Shown: one piece after another, positions 42,643-52,792 of the stretch
Layout of the letters: each line of letters starts with the position of its first letter
Position numbering within the stretch: the first letter of the stretch is position 1
Assembly (NCBI GenBank): GCA_965223325.1
Contig: CBDCWI010000002.1
Coordinates: 3,200,001 to 3,264,000 of the forward strand
Origin: Candidatus Multivoradales bacterium
Lineage (GTDB): Bacteria; Acidobacteriota; Thermoanaerobaculia; Multivoradales; Multivoraceae
DNA length: 64,000 nt
Reading direction: 5' to 3'
Translations under genes and position numbers: made by a program
The notes under the pieces: generated by a model
Seen by the model: only the letters and a program-made list of their open reading frames with translations
Databases searched by the model: none
What the model was told of the DNA's origin: nothing

Positions 42643-43286
42643 CTGCCGCCCACTGCCAAGCGCTCGGGCTCCGCCTCGGGGAATCGCACCCAACCCACGC
42701 TGACCGACTCCAGGCCGACCTCGCGCACGATGAATTCTTCCTTGACTACTGAACCTGGTGGGGCGTTGTAAAGCACATCTTCGGGGTCTGAGAAAACCGC
42801 GATCGGTGCAGCCTGGGGTCCGAAACTCCCCAGGTAGCGCAGATCGATCGGTGGTGGCGTCGGTTTGGGGGGCTCTCGAGGCTGTTCCGGGGGACTTTCG
42901 ACCCGTGGTTGCCGGGGTGGCGGCGGCTTCGGGTCGACGCGCGGTGGCGGCGGCTGCCGCACGACCCGACGTGGTGCGTAGCGCCAGGGATTGCGACCAG
43001 GCGAGAACTCACTCGGCGAACCCTCGAGAGCCTCGAGGCGCAGGGCCAGGACCTCTCCGGGTCGACTCTCGGTGGCACCACGAGTGCGCGACGTGCGGCG
43101 CGTACGAGTGCGCGCCGGGCCCTCGACACCGTCGATGGCGGCGGCGACCTCGGCCCGGGAGCCGCCAGTGGCAGCCTCAACTGGGGGTGCTGGGGCTTCG
43201 CCGCCCAGGAGATAGCGCCCAACGAAAACCAAGAGCACGACCCCCAGACCGAGGAGAAGCAACTGCTCGCGCGGCTTGAGCTTCAT
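42639..43286 (-). CDS. Membrane-anchored Pro-rich protein (PilP/GspC positional equivalent)
   Basis: N-terminal TM, GRNPW, Pro-rich linker, LRYLG beta domain; lies between pilO and the secretin. Confidence 0.8.
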   Translation of the reverse strand: MKLKPREQLLLLGLGVVLLVFVGRYLLGGEAPAPPVEAATGGSRAEVAAAIDGVEGPARTRTRRTSRTRGATESRPGEVLALRLEALEGSPSEFSPGRNPWRYAPRRVVRQPPPPRVDPKPPPPRQPRVESPPEQPREPPKPTPPPIDLRYLGSFGPQAAPIAVFSDPEDVLYNAPPGSVVKEEFIVREVGLESVSVGWVRFPEAEPERLAVGGR

Positions 43287-43888
43287 CGCCCGCCTCCCGC
43301 GGCGGCTCGCGACTCTTGGTACCCCGAGTTCTCAAAGAGCGTTGAGATTCGCAGGGCCACCGAAAGCGAGCCTTCTGTCGTGTCGGAGACCCGAATCTCT
43401 TCGAGGATCAGAAAGTGCTCGGAGAGCTCAATGAAGTTGATGAAGCGACGAAGCTCCTCATACTGCCCCTTGACTGAGAAGACAAAGGACTTGCGCAGCA
43501 GTTCATGATCTTCGATGGCCTCCTCGGGATAGGTAATGCCGGGGGGCTCGAGGCCCGCCCTGCTCGCCAGGTCCTTGACCTCACGGATGACGGCCGTCAG
43601 GCGCTGGCGTTCGGTTTCGAAGACCTCGTCGTAGAGGTACTGGATGCCCTCCCGGTTGCCGCTGGCGCGCTCCAACCGAGCGGCGACCTGCTCACGCTCG
43701 GCGAGCAGATCGGCAAGCCGCTCCTCCTCGCGGGCACGCTGCGAATCGAGAACGTCGACCCGGCCCGAGAACCTCACCTGGTACACAACGAGCAGGAGCA
43801 GGCCGAGAACGACCAGGGCGACAGGCACTCCCCAGCGCTTGCGCTCCTCGGCCCACAGGTCACGATCGAATGCGGTGTAGGACGTCAT
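43283..43888 (-). CDS. pilO: PilO/GspM-like protein
   Basis: TM, coiled coil, VKGQYEELRRFINFIE. Confidence 0.85.
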   Translation of the reverse strand: MTSYTAFDRDLWAEERKRWGVPVALVVLGLLLLVVYQVRFSGRVDVLDSQRAREEERLADLLAEREQVAARLERASGNREGIQYLYDEVFETERQRLTAVIREVKDLASRAGLEPPGITYPEEAIEDHELLRKSFVFSVKGQYEELRRFINFIELSEHFLILEEIRVSDTTEGSLSVALRISTLFENSGYQESRAAAGGGR

Positions 43889-45087
43889 GGGCCGACTCCC
43901 GGCGGCGAACTCGCGTTGGGTTGGCGCGGCTCGGGCTCCTCGGAGGGAGGGTTGGGGTCGACCGGGTCGGCCGGATCGGACGGCAGGTCATTCGTCGGCT
44001 GCTCCTGGGGAGCCAGATCGTCGGCCGGCGTCGGGCCGGTCGATGGGGTCGGCCGGCGAGCACTCGCTGGGGTCGAGCGGTTGCCACCGGGTCGGGTCGT
44101 CGGTCGAGGGTTCACCGCCGGCTGCGAGGCGGTGCCGCCAACCGCCGCCGGAGTCCCGGTCGCCGTGTCGGGTTCCCCCGTGCCAGGAGGCGCTGACCGC
44201 GCTGGGGTACTCGCCTGTCGGGTCGTCGTCGGTCGGGCCGTCGTTGGTCTGGGCGCCATCGGTCCCCTGCCCTCACCGCGACCGGTGCTCGGCGGTGGAA
44301 CGCTCGGCCGAGCCTGGGGGCGGGTGGTCGGGGTCGCCGCGACCTCCCGACCAGCGACCGGGGTCACGCCCGCTGGTGCTTCGGCTCCCCTCGGCGACTC
44401 CGGCCGAACCTCCGTTGACTGCACTGGCGTCGCCGACGAAGCGTCTGGGGTCGCAGAATCGGGTTCTGAAACCCCGGTCTCCGCGGCCGCTGGGTCGGCT
44501 TCATCCGTCTCGGGCAGGTAGCCCGTCTGGAGGCTAAAGGACAGTTCGTTTTGTTTGGTCGTGCGCTCTCGCTCGAGACGCGGCACCTGGAAGGCCTCGT
44601 GTTCGAAGAGGCGATCAAGCAAAGCCAACAGCTCGTCGGTGTTCGCCGCCACGCCGGTCATCGTCAGAGTGACCGGCCCGCGCTCGTCGCCCTTCGAACG
44701 AGATTCGTCGTCGTGGAGATGGACCTTGGGGCTCAGGCTTTCGATGCGAACTCTCTCAGGCAAGACCTCGCCGAGCTGCTCGAACAAGCGGCCCCAGGCA
44801 AACGTGCGCTGATCGATGCGCTGATTGAGAAACTCGACCCGGGAGTTCTGGCCACGGACATCGAGCCTGGCCAACTCGGCCTGGAGGTCCCGAATCACCT
44901 GGCGCTCCTCGCTGATCTGCGCTCGCACATCACGGAGATCGTCGCGCGAACCCGTCGATCCCGAGAAGTAGCGACCGAACAAAACCAGCGCCAGCACCAG
45001 GAGAGCGGCGCCGAGGATCATCAAGAAGGCACTCAACCGCTCGAGAGGACGGCGGTTGACGAACGGCCGGCGCGCCAAGTTCAGCAT
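43885..45087 (-). CDS. pilN: PilN-like protein with long Pro/Thr/Ala-rich tail
   Basis: MLNLARRPF, TM, coiled coil, W..LF..L..VLPERVRIESL. Confidence 0.87.
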   Translation of the reverse strand: MLNLARRPFVNRRPLERLSAFLMILGAALLVLALVLFGRYFSGSTGSRDDLRDVRAQISEERQVIRDLQAELARLDVRGQNSRVEFLNQRIDQRTFAWGRLFEQLGEVLPERVRIESLSPKVHLHDDESRSKGDERGPVTLTMTGVAANTDELLALLDRLFEHEAFQVPRLERERTTKQNELSFSLQTGYLPETDEADPAAAETGVSEPDSATPDASSATPVQSTEVRPESPRGAEAPAGVTPVAGREVAATPTTRPQARPSVPPPSTGRGEGRGPMAPRPTTARPTTTRQASTPARSAPPGTGEPDTATGTPAAVGGTASQPAVNPRPTTRPGGNRSTPASARRPTPSTGPTPADDLAPQEQPTNDLPSDPADPVDPNPPSEEPEPRQPNASSPPGVGP

Positions 45088-46107
45088 TCAGCGGACCTCC
45101 TCGAGCGCACTGCCGGCAAGAGGGGCCAAGAGGCCTTGCTCAGCGAACGAGAACGACTCGGACACCGACCAGTCCATGACCGGCAAAGCAGAAACCTCCG
45201 CCGCATCACTCAACCAGCTCGCCCAGACCGCCGCTGAGCTGCCAGGCGCCTGAACCCAGGCTTCCCGAACCCGCATGCCAGCGCGATGGCGCTCGAGGAA
45301 ATCGAGTGTCAGTGCCAGTTCGCGGCGAATCGTCTGCTCGAGGACGTCGAGCCCGACACCTTCCTTGATCGACTTGTGACGATAGAGAAGCGGCGCGGGT
45401 TCGGCGCTACCGGGGGGAGCGATCTGGTCGAGCTGGATCGTATAGCCCTCTGGGCAGGCAACCACCAGCACGCGCACCGCCTCGGGGTCGGCTCGGTGCG
45501 GAGCCGCCAGGGTGCGAGCGTCGAGCAGCCGTGTGCAGGCCATGCTCTCCGACACTACGTTGCCAATGTGGACTCCGGCGCGTTCGAAGGCCGCTTCGAG
45601 CTGGGACACGAGGCGGTCGATGGCAAACGCCAGTGCGATCCGACGTTCGCCCCCTGCCTTGACCGGCGGCAGGTTGAGCTCGCGCACCCGCAACTCATCG
45701 ACCCGGAAGGGCACCAGGCGGCGCAACTTCCACTGCAGCGCTTCGTCGCGGGCGGCTCCGCGCTTCGGAACGTCACCCGCATCGCTGACCACCAACCGCA
45801 ACCACGGATCGGGAAGAACGAGGGAAGCCTCGACGAGGTCGCCCGAAGACACCTGTACCAACGCTTCGACCGAGGGCATCAGATCGGCAACGTCGCGCAG
45901 CGTTCCCCCGAGCGGTCCCTCGAGGAAAATGCCCGGGCGAATCGCAACTTCGTGAGCTTCGAGAACGCGCGGCGCCTCGACTTCGGAGCGATCGAAGCGC
46001 GCATAGCGCAGCTCGGCGTGATCGATCCCGAACACGCTATCTGGCACCGGTCGCGGGTCGAGGCCCACGAGGCGCTCAATCGACGAAGGTAACTTTATTG
46101 ATCTCAC
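45088..46107 (-). CDS. PilM/GspL-like cytoplasmic protein
   Basis: SLVLPD, WKLRRLVPF; position between the ATPase and pilN. Confidence 0.75.
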   Translation of the reverse strand: MRSIKLPSSIERLVGLDPRPVPDSVFGIDHAELRYARFDRSEVEAPRVLEAHEVAIRPGIFLEGPLGGTLRDVADLMPSVEALVQVSSGDLVEASLVLPDPWLRLVVSDAGDVPKRGAARDEALQWKLRRLVPFRVDELRVRELNLPPVKAGGERRIALAFAIDRLVSQLEAAFERAGVHIGNVVSESMACTRLLDARTLAAPHRADPEAVRVLVVACPEGYTIQLDQIAPPGSAEPAPLLYRHKSIKEGVGLDVLEQTIRRELALTLDFLERHRAGMRVREAWVQAPGSSAAVWASWLSDAAEVSALPVMDWSVSESFSFAEQGLLAPLAGSALEEVR

Positions 46108-47770
46108 GGAGTGTGGTGATTCCTTCTGCGACCTTCTGGAGGGCGCTTTCCCTCAAGAAGTGCATGCCCTCTTCCTTGGCGGCACGTTTGATCTCGGACG
46201 CCGGACGGCGATCGAGGATGAGTTCTCTGATTCGGTCGGAGAGGTTGAGCAGCTCCGAGACGGCCAGGCGACCGTGATAGCCGGTGCCGTTGCACTCGAC
46301 GCAGCCGCCGCCGTTGTAGAACTGCACATCGGTCCAATCGTTCTTGTCGAGTCCGGACTCCTCGAACAGGGCGTCGTCGATATCGGTCGGGTGTTTGCAG
46401 TGCGGGCAGATGCGGCGAACGAGGCGCTGTGCCAGAACGCAGTTGAGGGCCGAAACGAAGTTGTAGAGGTCGACGTTCATGTTCAGAAAGCGACCCAGCA
46501 CGTCGACGACGTTGTTGGCATGAACGGTGGTGAAGACCAGATGGCCCGTAAGCGCCGATTGGATCGCGATCTGTGCCGTTTCTTCATCACGGATCTCACC
46601 GACCATGATCTTGTCGGGGTCGTGGCGCAGAATCGACCGCAAGCCGCGTGCGAAAGTGAGCCCCTTGCGCTCGTTGACCGGAATCTGCGTGATGCCCTTG
46701 AGCTGGTACTCGACCGGGTCTTCGATGGTGATGATTTTGTCTTCGGACGACTGGATCTCAGACAGCGACGCGTAGAGGGTCGTGGTTTTGCCGGAACCCG
46801 TCGGCCCGGTGACCAGGACCATGCCGTAGGGCTCACGAATGAACTTGCGCAGCTTGGTCATCGTGTCTTCGTCGAAGCCCAGAATGTCGAGCCGCAGGGT
46901 CGAGAACTCCTCGTTCATCGACTCCTTGTCGAGAATCCGGATGACGCAGTCTTCGCCATGAACGGAGGGCATGATCGAAACACGGAAGTCGATGGTGCGC
47001 CCCTTGACGCGCAGCTTGAAACGACCGTCCTGGGGAATGCGCTTCTCGGCGATATCGAGCTCGGACATGACCTTGATTCGACTGATGATCGTCTGGTGGT
47101 GACGCTTGTCGATCGGTTCCATCGCCTGATAGAGCACGCCGTCGATGCGGTACTTGATGACCACTTCGTTCTCACGGGTCTCGATGTGAATGTCCGAGGC
47201 ACGCCGCTGAATGGCGTTGAAGATTGTCGAATCGACGAGCCGAATGATCGGGCTTGTGTCGTCGGCGCTGATGCGGTCGATCGACAGCACCTCGTCGCCA
47301 TCCTCATCGTCCTGAACCAGCTGTATCCGGAAGTCTTCGGTCGCCTCGTCCAGCACCCGCTGGGCGGACTCAGACTTCTGCAGCATCTCCTCGATCAGAA
47401 AACCCGCTCCAACCCTCGGCTCGAGCGGCTGACCGAGCTGGAGTTCCAGCTCGTCGAGCTTGACGACATCGGAGGGATCGGCCATGACGATACCCAGCCG
47501 CCCTTCGAGTTGCCGGTCGGGGATGAACTCGTAGCGCAGCATCAGCTCGAACGGCACCTGGCGCAGTAGATCGTTGTCGATGCGGAAGTGCTCGAGGTCG
47601 ACGTAGTCAAAACCGTAGCGATGTGCCAGATCCTGCGCATTGTCGATCTCTGCGAGCCTCCGCGCCTCGGAGACGGCGCCGGTCTCGAGACTGGCCGAGA
47701 TCTCCTCGAGCGACGGCGCATCAGCCGCCGCCGGCGCCCGCACTTTCGGATCTTCGTCGAGGGTGGTCAT
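46076..47770 (-). CDS. GspE/PilB assembly ATPase
   Basis: ASDIHIE, GPTGSGKTTT, TIEDPVE, MVGEIRD, TGHLVFTTVH and tetracysteine motif. Confidence 0.96.
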   Translation of the reverse strand: MTTLDEDPKVRAPAAADAPSLEEISASLETGAVSEARRLAEIDNAQDLAHRYGFDYVDLEHFRIDNDLLRQVPFELMLRYEFIPDRQLEGRLGIVMADPSDVVKLDELELQLGQPLEPRVGAGFLIEEMLQKSESAQRVLDEATEDFRIQLVQDDEDGDEVLSIDRISADDTSPIIRLVDSTIFNAIQRRASDIHIETRENEVVIKYRIDGVLYQAMEPIDKRHHQTIISRIKVMSELDIAEKRIPQDGRFKLRVKGRTIDFRVSIMPSVHGEDCVIRILDKESMNEEFSTLRLDILGFDEDTMTKLRKFIREPYGMVLVTGPTGSGKTTTLYASLSEIQSSEDKIITIEDPVEYQLKGITQIPVNERKGLTFARGLRSILRHDPDKIMVGEIRDEETAQIAIQSALTGHLVFTTVHANNVVDVLGRFLNMNVDLYNFVSALNCVLAQRLVRRICPHCKHPTDIDDALFEESGLDKNDWTDVQFYNGGGCVECNGTGYHGRLAVSELLNLSDRIRELILDRRPASEIKRAAKEEGMHFLRESALQKVAEGITTLREINKVTFVD

Positions 47771-47793
47771 CACCAGAGGTCCTTTTGAAGCAT
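47770..47793 (-). CDS. 7-aa bridging mini-ORF
   Basis: MLQKDLW*; starts 5 nt after the upstream stop and ends in a TGATG overlap with the ATPase start. Confidence 0.3.
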   Translation of the reverse strand: MLQKDLW

Positions 47794-47798
47794 CGCGA

Positions 47799-49013
47799 CT
47801 AGTTGAGCTGGCTCAGCATGCTGAACAGTGGGAGGTACATCGCAAGCAGGAGCAGCGACACAGCGGAGCCCATGATGACCAGCAGGATCGGGTCGAGAAC
47901 ACTCAACATGCGCTCGATTCGGGTCTCGATCTCCTCGTCGAAGAAGTCGCTGAGGTTCGACAGCATCTCGTCGAGCGCACCCGTCGCCTCGCCGACCTTG
48001 ACCATATCGATCCCCAGATCGGTGAACACCTCCGTGTCGTCGAGCGCCTGATGCAAGGACTCACCTTCGCGCACACCGGAAACGATGGGAATGAGACGCG
48101 TCTTCAGCCACTGGTTACCCACCGCTCCGACTGAGACTTCCAAGGACGGCACGAGGGGCATCCCGCCACTGAGCAGGACGGAAAGCGAGCGACAGAACTC
48201 CGAAAGCGAAAAGCGGTGCAGGACACCACCAACCAGCGGGATCTGGAGCTTCAACCCGTCGAGCCACTGGCGGCCCGGACCGGAGCGGGTCAAACGGCGA
48301 GCGAAGTAGATCGCCGCGCAAACGGCCAGGACGGCGAGGAGACCTGAGCGACTGCGCAGGAAATCTGAGAGATCGAGTAGCACCTGGGTGATCCATGGCA
48401 ACTCGACGTCCAGGGCGGTGAAGAAGCTGCGGAACGAAGGGATGACCCTGATCAGCATCATCGCCAACATTCCCAGCGACAGCGCGATCAGAAGCGTCGG
48501 GTAGATCAGGGCGTTGACAACCTTCTTGCGTGTATCCATCACCAGCTTCAGGTAGCGAATGAAGCGCCTGATGACCGACTCGAGCTCACCGGTGCGCTCG
48601 CCAGCCTTGAGGCTCGACGCATAGAGCGAAGGGAACGTGCCCTGGTACCGGCCGAAGGCCTCCGACATCTCTTCGCCGCTCGACAGTCGATCCCGTACGT
48701 CGATCAGGATCGCCTTGAACGTCGGGTTGCGCTGGCGCTCCAACATCATGTTGATCGAGTGCAGGAGTGGCAGCCCCGCTTTCAGCAGGCTGGCGAGTTC
48801 CTGGTTGAAGATCAAGAACTCGCGATCGGTCACCTTGCGTGAACCTAGATCGCGTAGGAGCGGCACATCGAACTTGAGGCCACGTTTCTCGAGTTCGAAG
48901 ACGTGGTAGCCGCGGCTCTCTAACGAGCCCCGCGCAGCCGCCTCGTCAGCGGCCTCGAAGACCTCTTCGAGAACCCGCCCATCGGGCGTACCGACGCGTG
49001 CCGAAAAGCGCAT
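47799..49013 (-). CDS. GspF/PilC platform protein
   Basis: LLKAGLPL, AGERTGEL, ALIYP, VGEATGALDEML, MYLPLF motifs. Confidence 0.95.
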   Translation of the reverse strand: MRFSARVGTPDGRVLEEVFEAADEAAARGSLESRGYHVFELEKRGLKFDVPLLRDLGSRKVTDREFLIFNQELASLLKAGLPLLHSINMMLERQRNPTFKAILIDVRDRLSSGEEMSEAFGRYQGTFPSLYASSLKAGERTGELESVIRRFIRYLKLVMDTRKKVVNALIYPTLLIALSLGMLAMMLIRVIPSFRSFFTALDVELPWITQVLLDLSDFLRSRSGLLAVLAVCAAIYFARRLTRSGPGRQWLDGLKLQIPLVGGVLHRFSLSEFCRSLSVLLSGGMPLVPSLEVSVGAVGNQWLKTRLIPIVSGVREGESLHQALDDTEVFTDLGIDMVKVGEATGALDEMLSNLSDFFDEEIETRIERMLSVLDPILLVIMGSAVSLLLLAMYLPLFSMLSQLN

Positions 49014-49014
49014 G

Positions 49015-49797
49015 TCAGCGACCTCCTCGCGCGCCGGCCGCAGCACGACAGGTCACTGCGATCACCAGGGCGGTTTCGGCCTCGGCGTCTTGTGCGAAGC
49101 CGAGCGCAACGGTGCGGTCGAGCCACAGATTGACGTGCGAATGAAAGAGCGGCTCTTCCTTTTGCTCCAGGTTGCCGGATCGCTGACGCGGTGTATCCAC
49201 CTCACCAGGGCCACCGAGCACCTTGAAGCCGGCCAGACGCAAGCGCTGATTCGGCATCACTGTTCCTACATCGAACAGGATCTGGTAGCCGGAGCCGAGG
49301 CGGTAGCTCTCGGTCTGGCCCTCACGAGTCAGGAAGGAGGCGTCGGCGAGAACGCGGTACTCGTTGTAGTTGAGCAACTTCCCCAGCCGCTGGGCGAGTT
49401 CGGCCGAAGGGTGACGCGGATCACCCGAGGGACCGCTCATCCGTCGGCTCGCCTCGAGAATCTGGATCTCGATTTCGATCTCACGCGCCGGGTGATCGAG
49501 TTCGCGGAGGAGGTGCAACATCGCACTGACGCGTCGCGGCGTATCGATGACCCGAATGGTGCGGTTGTCGGCCGCCAACTCGACCCGACCATGTGCCGAC
49601 AGCTGATTGCGCAGGAGCGTCATCGCGTCTGCCGCCGGCTGATGGCGCATCGAGTAGGAGCCCTCTTCGAGTACTTCGAGCGTCGGCGGCGTCGCGCGTT
49701 GGGCAGCGAGCAGTCCCGAGACCATAGCGAGGACCACCAACAGGCCCAGCACAACCAGGGCGCGCGGCAGGTGAGGCTGGGGCTTCGAGATCAACAT
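49015..49797 (-). CDS. Secreted protein with secretin-N (NolW)-like domain
   Basis: Signal peptide; N.IRVIDTP..V..M..LLRELD.P pattern. Confidence 0.65.
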   Translation of the reverse strand: MLISKPQPHLPRALVVLGLLVVLAMVSGLLAAQRATPPTLEVLEEGSYSMRHQPAADAMTLLRNQLSAHGRVELAADNRTIRVIDTPRRVSAMLHLLRELDHPAREIEIEIQILEASRRMSGPSGDPRHPSAELAQRLGKLLNYNEYRVLADASFLTREGQTESYRLGSGYQILFDVGTVMPNQRLRLAGFKVLGGPGEVDTPRQRSGNLEQKEEPLFHSHVNLWLDRTVALGFAQDAEAETALVIAVTCRAAAGARGGR

Positions 49798-49869
49798 CGG
49801 AGGGAGGGTTCGCTGGAGCGGTCAGAAAGGAGCGCCGCGTCGGGGGAGGGAAGAAACAGACGGTGGCGC

Positions 49870-50538
49870 CTAGCGACCACCGGAAGGGGCAGACTGAAGT
49901 CGGGGACCTCGACCGAGCAGCATGACGACGTCCAGATCGTCCTGGTGATAAACGACGCGAGCTGCTCCGTCGGCCGTCACCTCGTCGAAGATTTCGTCGA
50001 CCAGGGGCAGCTGATCGAGCATTTCACGCACGTCTTCGATGGCTGTCGCCTGGGCGGCGTCGGTCAAGGTTGCGGCGGGCTGCTGCCACTCTTGACCAGT
50101 CGCACCGGTGGTAGCGCGTGTGGGGAAAGCGCGAGCAGCGCGCCGTGGATCGAGCGCTGCCGGCGACTGAATCACGACGCCCTGTTGGCTGGCATGCTGC
50201 TGCAGCGCTGGCTGAGCCGCGGCTTCGACCGAAACGGCAGGAGCCACCAGAAGCGGTAGTCGCAGGCTGGCCAACGCCACCAGCAGGATCCCCGCGGCGA
50301 CCGCCACCATGGCTTGCCAGCGAGGCCTCATCATCGGTGCGGAATCGATCGACCAGGCACCACTGGATTCGGCAAGCAGGCCGCGGTCCGCGAGCCGGGT
50401 CAGCTCGAGCACGCTGTGGCGCATCTGCTCGACTTCGCTGTCTGTGACCGGGGGGGCTTCGAGATCACGGAAGAGATCGAGAACGTCTGGCTCCGCGGCG
50501 GCAGACCGTTGGCGGCTCTTGGGGCTCTCGTGCTTCAT
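49870..50538 (-). CDS. Putative membrane anti-sigma factor
   Basis: ATGA-coupled to the ECF sigma gene; single central TM (WQAMVAVAAGILLV). Confidence 0.65.
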   Translation of the reverse strand: MKHESPKSRQRSAAAEPDVLDLFRDLEAPPVTDSEVEQMRHSVLELTRLADRGLLAESSGAWSIDSAPMMRPRWQAMVAVAAGILLVALASLRLPLLVAPAVSVEAAAQPALQQHASQQGVVIQSPAALDPRRAARAFPTRATTGATGQEWQQPAATLTDAAQATAIEDVREMLDQLPLVDEIFDEVTADGAARVVYHQDDLDVVMLLGRGPRLQSAPSGGR

Positions 50539-51221
50539 CGGCCTTCTTCCCCGGAATCTTCTCGGCCGGCGAAGGCGCGCACGTACTCGGGATAGCGGGC
50601 ACTCATCTCGCGCTTGAGGACCCGCCGGGCCTGGAAGAGATGGTTGCGGACGGTGGACTCTCGACAGCCAACGATCGCGGCCACCTCGCACGTTGGCATT
50701 CCTTCGAGCTCGCGGAGCACGAACACGGTGCGTTGGCGATCGGTCAGCTCAAGGGCGACTTCGGTGAAGATTCGCGAAATCTCTCGCTGATCCAGCGTCG
50801 CGCGCACCCTCTCTGCCTGACCCGCGGCTCGCAACTCGACGTGATGCCCGAAGGGCTCCCGCACTCGGTCGCGAGACTTGCGCGAGCGCAGGTGATCGAT
50901 CGAGAGGTTGGTGGCGATGCGGTAGATCCAGGTGTTGGGACTGTGGCGACCGTCGTAGCGGTCGCGGTGGGTCCAGATCTTCAGGAAAGTCATCTGGACG
51001 ACGTCGTGAGCCTCTTCCAGGTCGCCGAGAATGCGATACGCGACCCCGACGAGCGGCCTGGTCTTGCGCTCGACCAGCTCGCCGAGAGCCAGCTCACTGC
51101 CTGCCTGTATCTCTGCCAGCAGCACGCGGTCGTCGGCAGCGGCCAGATCCTCTTGCTCCCGGGCTCTCGAAAAGGCGAGCCTGGGGCCGGTGGTCTGGGA
51201 AGCTCTGGTTGGTTCGGTCAC
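50535..51221 (-). CDS. ECF sigma factor
   Basis: AHDVVQMTF, TWIYRIATN, QRTVFVLRELEG, STVRNHLFQAR motifs. Confidence 0.95.
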   Translation of the reverse strand: MTEPTRASQTTGPRLAFSRAREQEDLAAADDRVLLAEIQAGSELALGELVERKTRPLVGVAYRILGDLEEAHDVVQMTFLKIWTHRDRYDGRHSPNTWIYRIATNLSIDHLRSRKSRDRVREPFGHHVELRAAGQAERVRATLDQREISRIFTEVALELTDRQRTVFVLRELEGMPTCEVAAIVGCRESTVRNHLFQARRVLKREMSARYPEYVRAFAGREDSGEEGR

Positions 51222-51490
51222 GGTCGTCTCATGAGGGGCGGGTTTTTCGTCGCTGGCTTCAGGGGAGCAGTCGCGGAAGCGAGCGCACCAGCAGGATGAA
51301 TACGGATGCCGATGCCGGGGCGTCTAGGTCCCGGACGGTCCCCGGCGTTTTTCGGGAAGTCGCCCCTGGGGGAAAGCGGGCTCAGCTGGCCCATGCTATC
51401 TCTGAAAAACTCGTTTTTGAGGCAGGGACGGCACGAACCGGTGATTATACTGACGCCCCTCTACCCGCTTCGCCTGAAACCCCTCAGCCA

Positions 51491-52792
51491 ATGTGGCCTC
51501 TTTATCGGCTCGCCCTCACGGCAGCCCTCGTCCTCCTGTCCCCCTGGCTGCTTCTGCGTCGCGGGCGCCACTATCTTCCGACCCTACGGGGACGTCTCGC
51601 CCTCGCCGACGATGAAGCTCTGGCTCCCAAAGCCGACGGATCGCGCCCCCTCTGGATCCACGCCGTCTCGGTGGGTGAAGTGGGAGTCGCCGCGACGCTG
51701 GTCTCGGCGCTGCCCGAGGACCTGCCCGTGGTGGTCACGACAGTCACTCCAACTGGCCAGGAACGAGCCCGCGTAGTCTTTGGATCCCGCGCCCGGGTGA
51801 ACTACCTGCCGTTGGATCTCCGCGGACCGATACGCCGATTCCTCTTCCGCTACCACCCGACCGGCCTGATCTTGATCGAAGGCGAGTTCTGGCCGCTCTT
51901 GCTTGCCGAGCTCGAGCAGCGAGCGATTCCGGTCGCACTGGTAAACGGCCGAATCTCCGATCGAACCGCCGGGCGCATGTTGAAGCTCCGTCGACTCGTC
52001 GCACCCATGTTGCGCCGCGTCGGCCTGCACCTGGTTCAGACAGAAGCCGACGCCGCGCGCCTCGGAGCGCTCGGCGTTCCCGAAACCGCGATCGAAGTGA
52101 CCGGGAACCTCAAATACGAGAGCCCCCTGCCGCGGAGCTCTCCTGAGCTCGAGGCAACGGTTCTCGCCCTGGCGGGAGGTCGCCCGATCTTCGTTGCCGG
52201 CTCAACCATGCCGGAGGAGGAAAGCCAGGTTCTCGAAGCCTGGAAGGCGATCGGCGGAGAGCGTTCTCTGCTGGTACTCGCACCCAGACACCCCGAACGC
52301 TTCGCCGCCGTCGCCCAGGAACTCGAGCGCGCAGGCCTCTCTTGGCTTCGGCGCTCAGACGAGCCAGGGCGAGGGGCGGCAGGAGATCCAGGACGACGCT
52401 TCGACGTTTTGCTGCTCGACACGCTTGGCGAGCTGGCCGGCCTCTACGCCATCGCCACCGTGGCTTTCGTTGGAGGAACACTCGTACCCACGGGTGGCCA
52501 CAACCCACTCGAACCGGCACGTTTTGGCATTCCGACCACGGTCGGGCCATCGATGCACAACTTTCGCGAGATGGCGGAGCAATTCCAACAAGCAGACGCC
52601 TGGCGTCAGGTCGAGAACGCGAGCGAGCTGGCGCTTGCCTGGCAGGCGCTACTCGATGACCCCGCCGAAGCGCAGCAGCTTGGCGAGCGGGCGACCCGGC
52701 TGGTGGAGGCTCACCGCGGCTCACTCTGTCGTACCCGGCGTGCGCTCGGTGACTACTTCTCCGAACAGCTCGGTCGGGAGCCACACTCATGA
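51491..52792 (+). CDS. waaA: Kdo transferase
   Basis: WIHAVSVGE, NGRIS, TGNLK, APRHPER, DTLGEL, GGHNPLEPA motifs. Confidence 0.96.
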   Translation: MWPLYRLALTAALVLLSPWLLLRRGRHYLPTLRGRLALADDEALAPKADGSRPLWIHAVSVGEVGVAATLVSALPEDLPVVVTTVTPTGQERARVVFGSRARVNYLPLDLRGPIRRFLFRYHPTGLILIEGEFWPLLLAELEQRAIPVALVNGRISDRTAGRMLKLRRLVAPMLRRVGLHLVQTEADAARLGALGVPETAIEVTGNLKYESPLPRSSPELEATVLALAGGRPIFVAGSTMPEEESQVLEAWKAIGGERSLLVLAPRHPERFAAVAQELERAGLSWLRRSDEPGRGAAGDPGRRFDVLLLDTLGELAGLYAIATVAFVGGTLVPTGGHNPLEPARFGIPTTVGPSMHNFREMAEQFQQADAWRQVENASELALAWQALLDDPAEAQQLGERATRLVEAHRGSLCRTRRALGDYFSEQLGREPHS

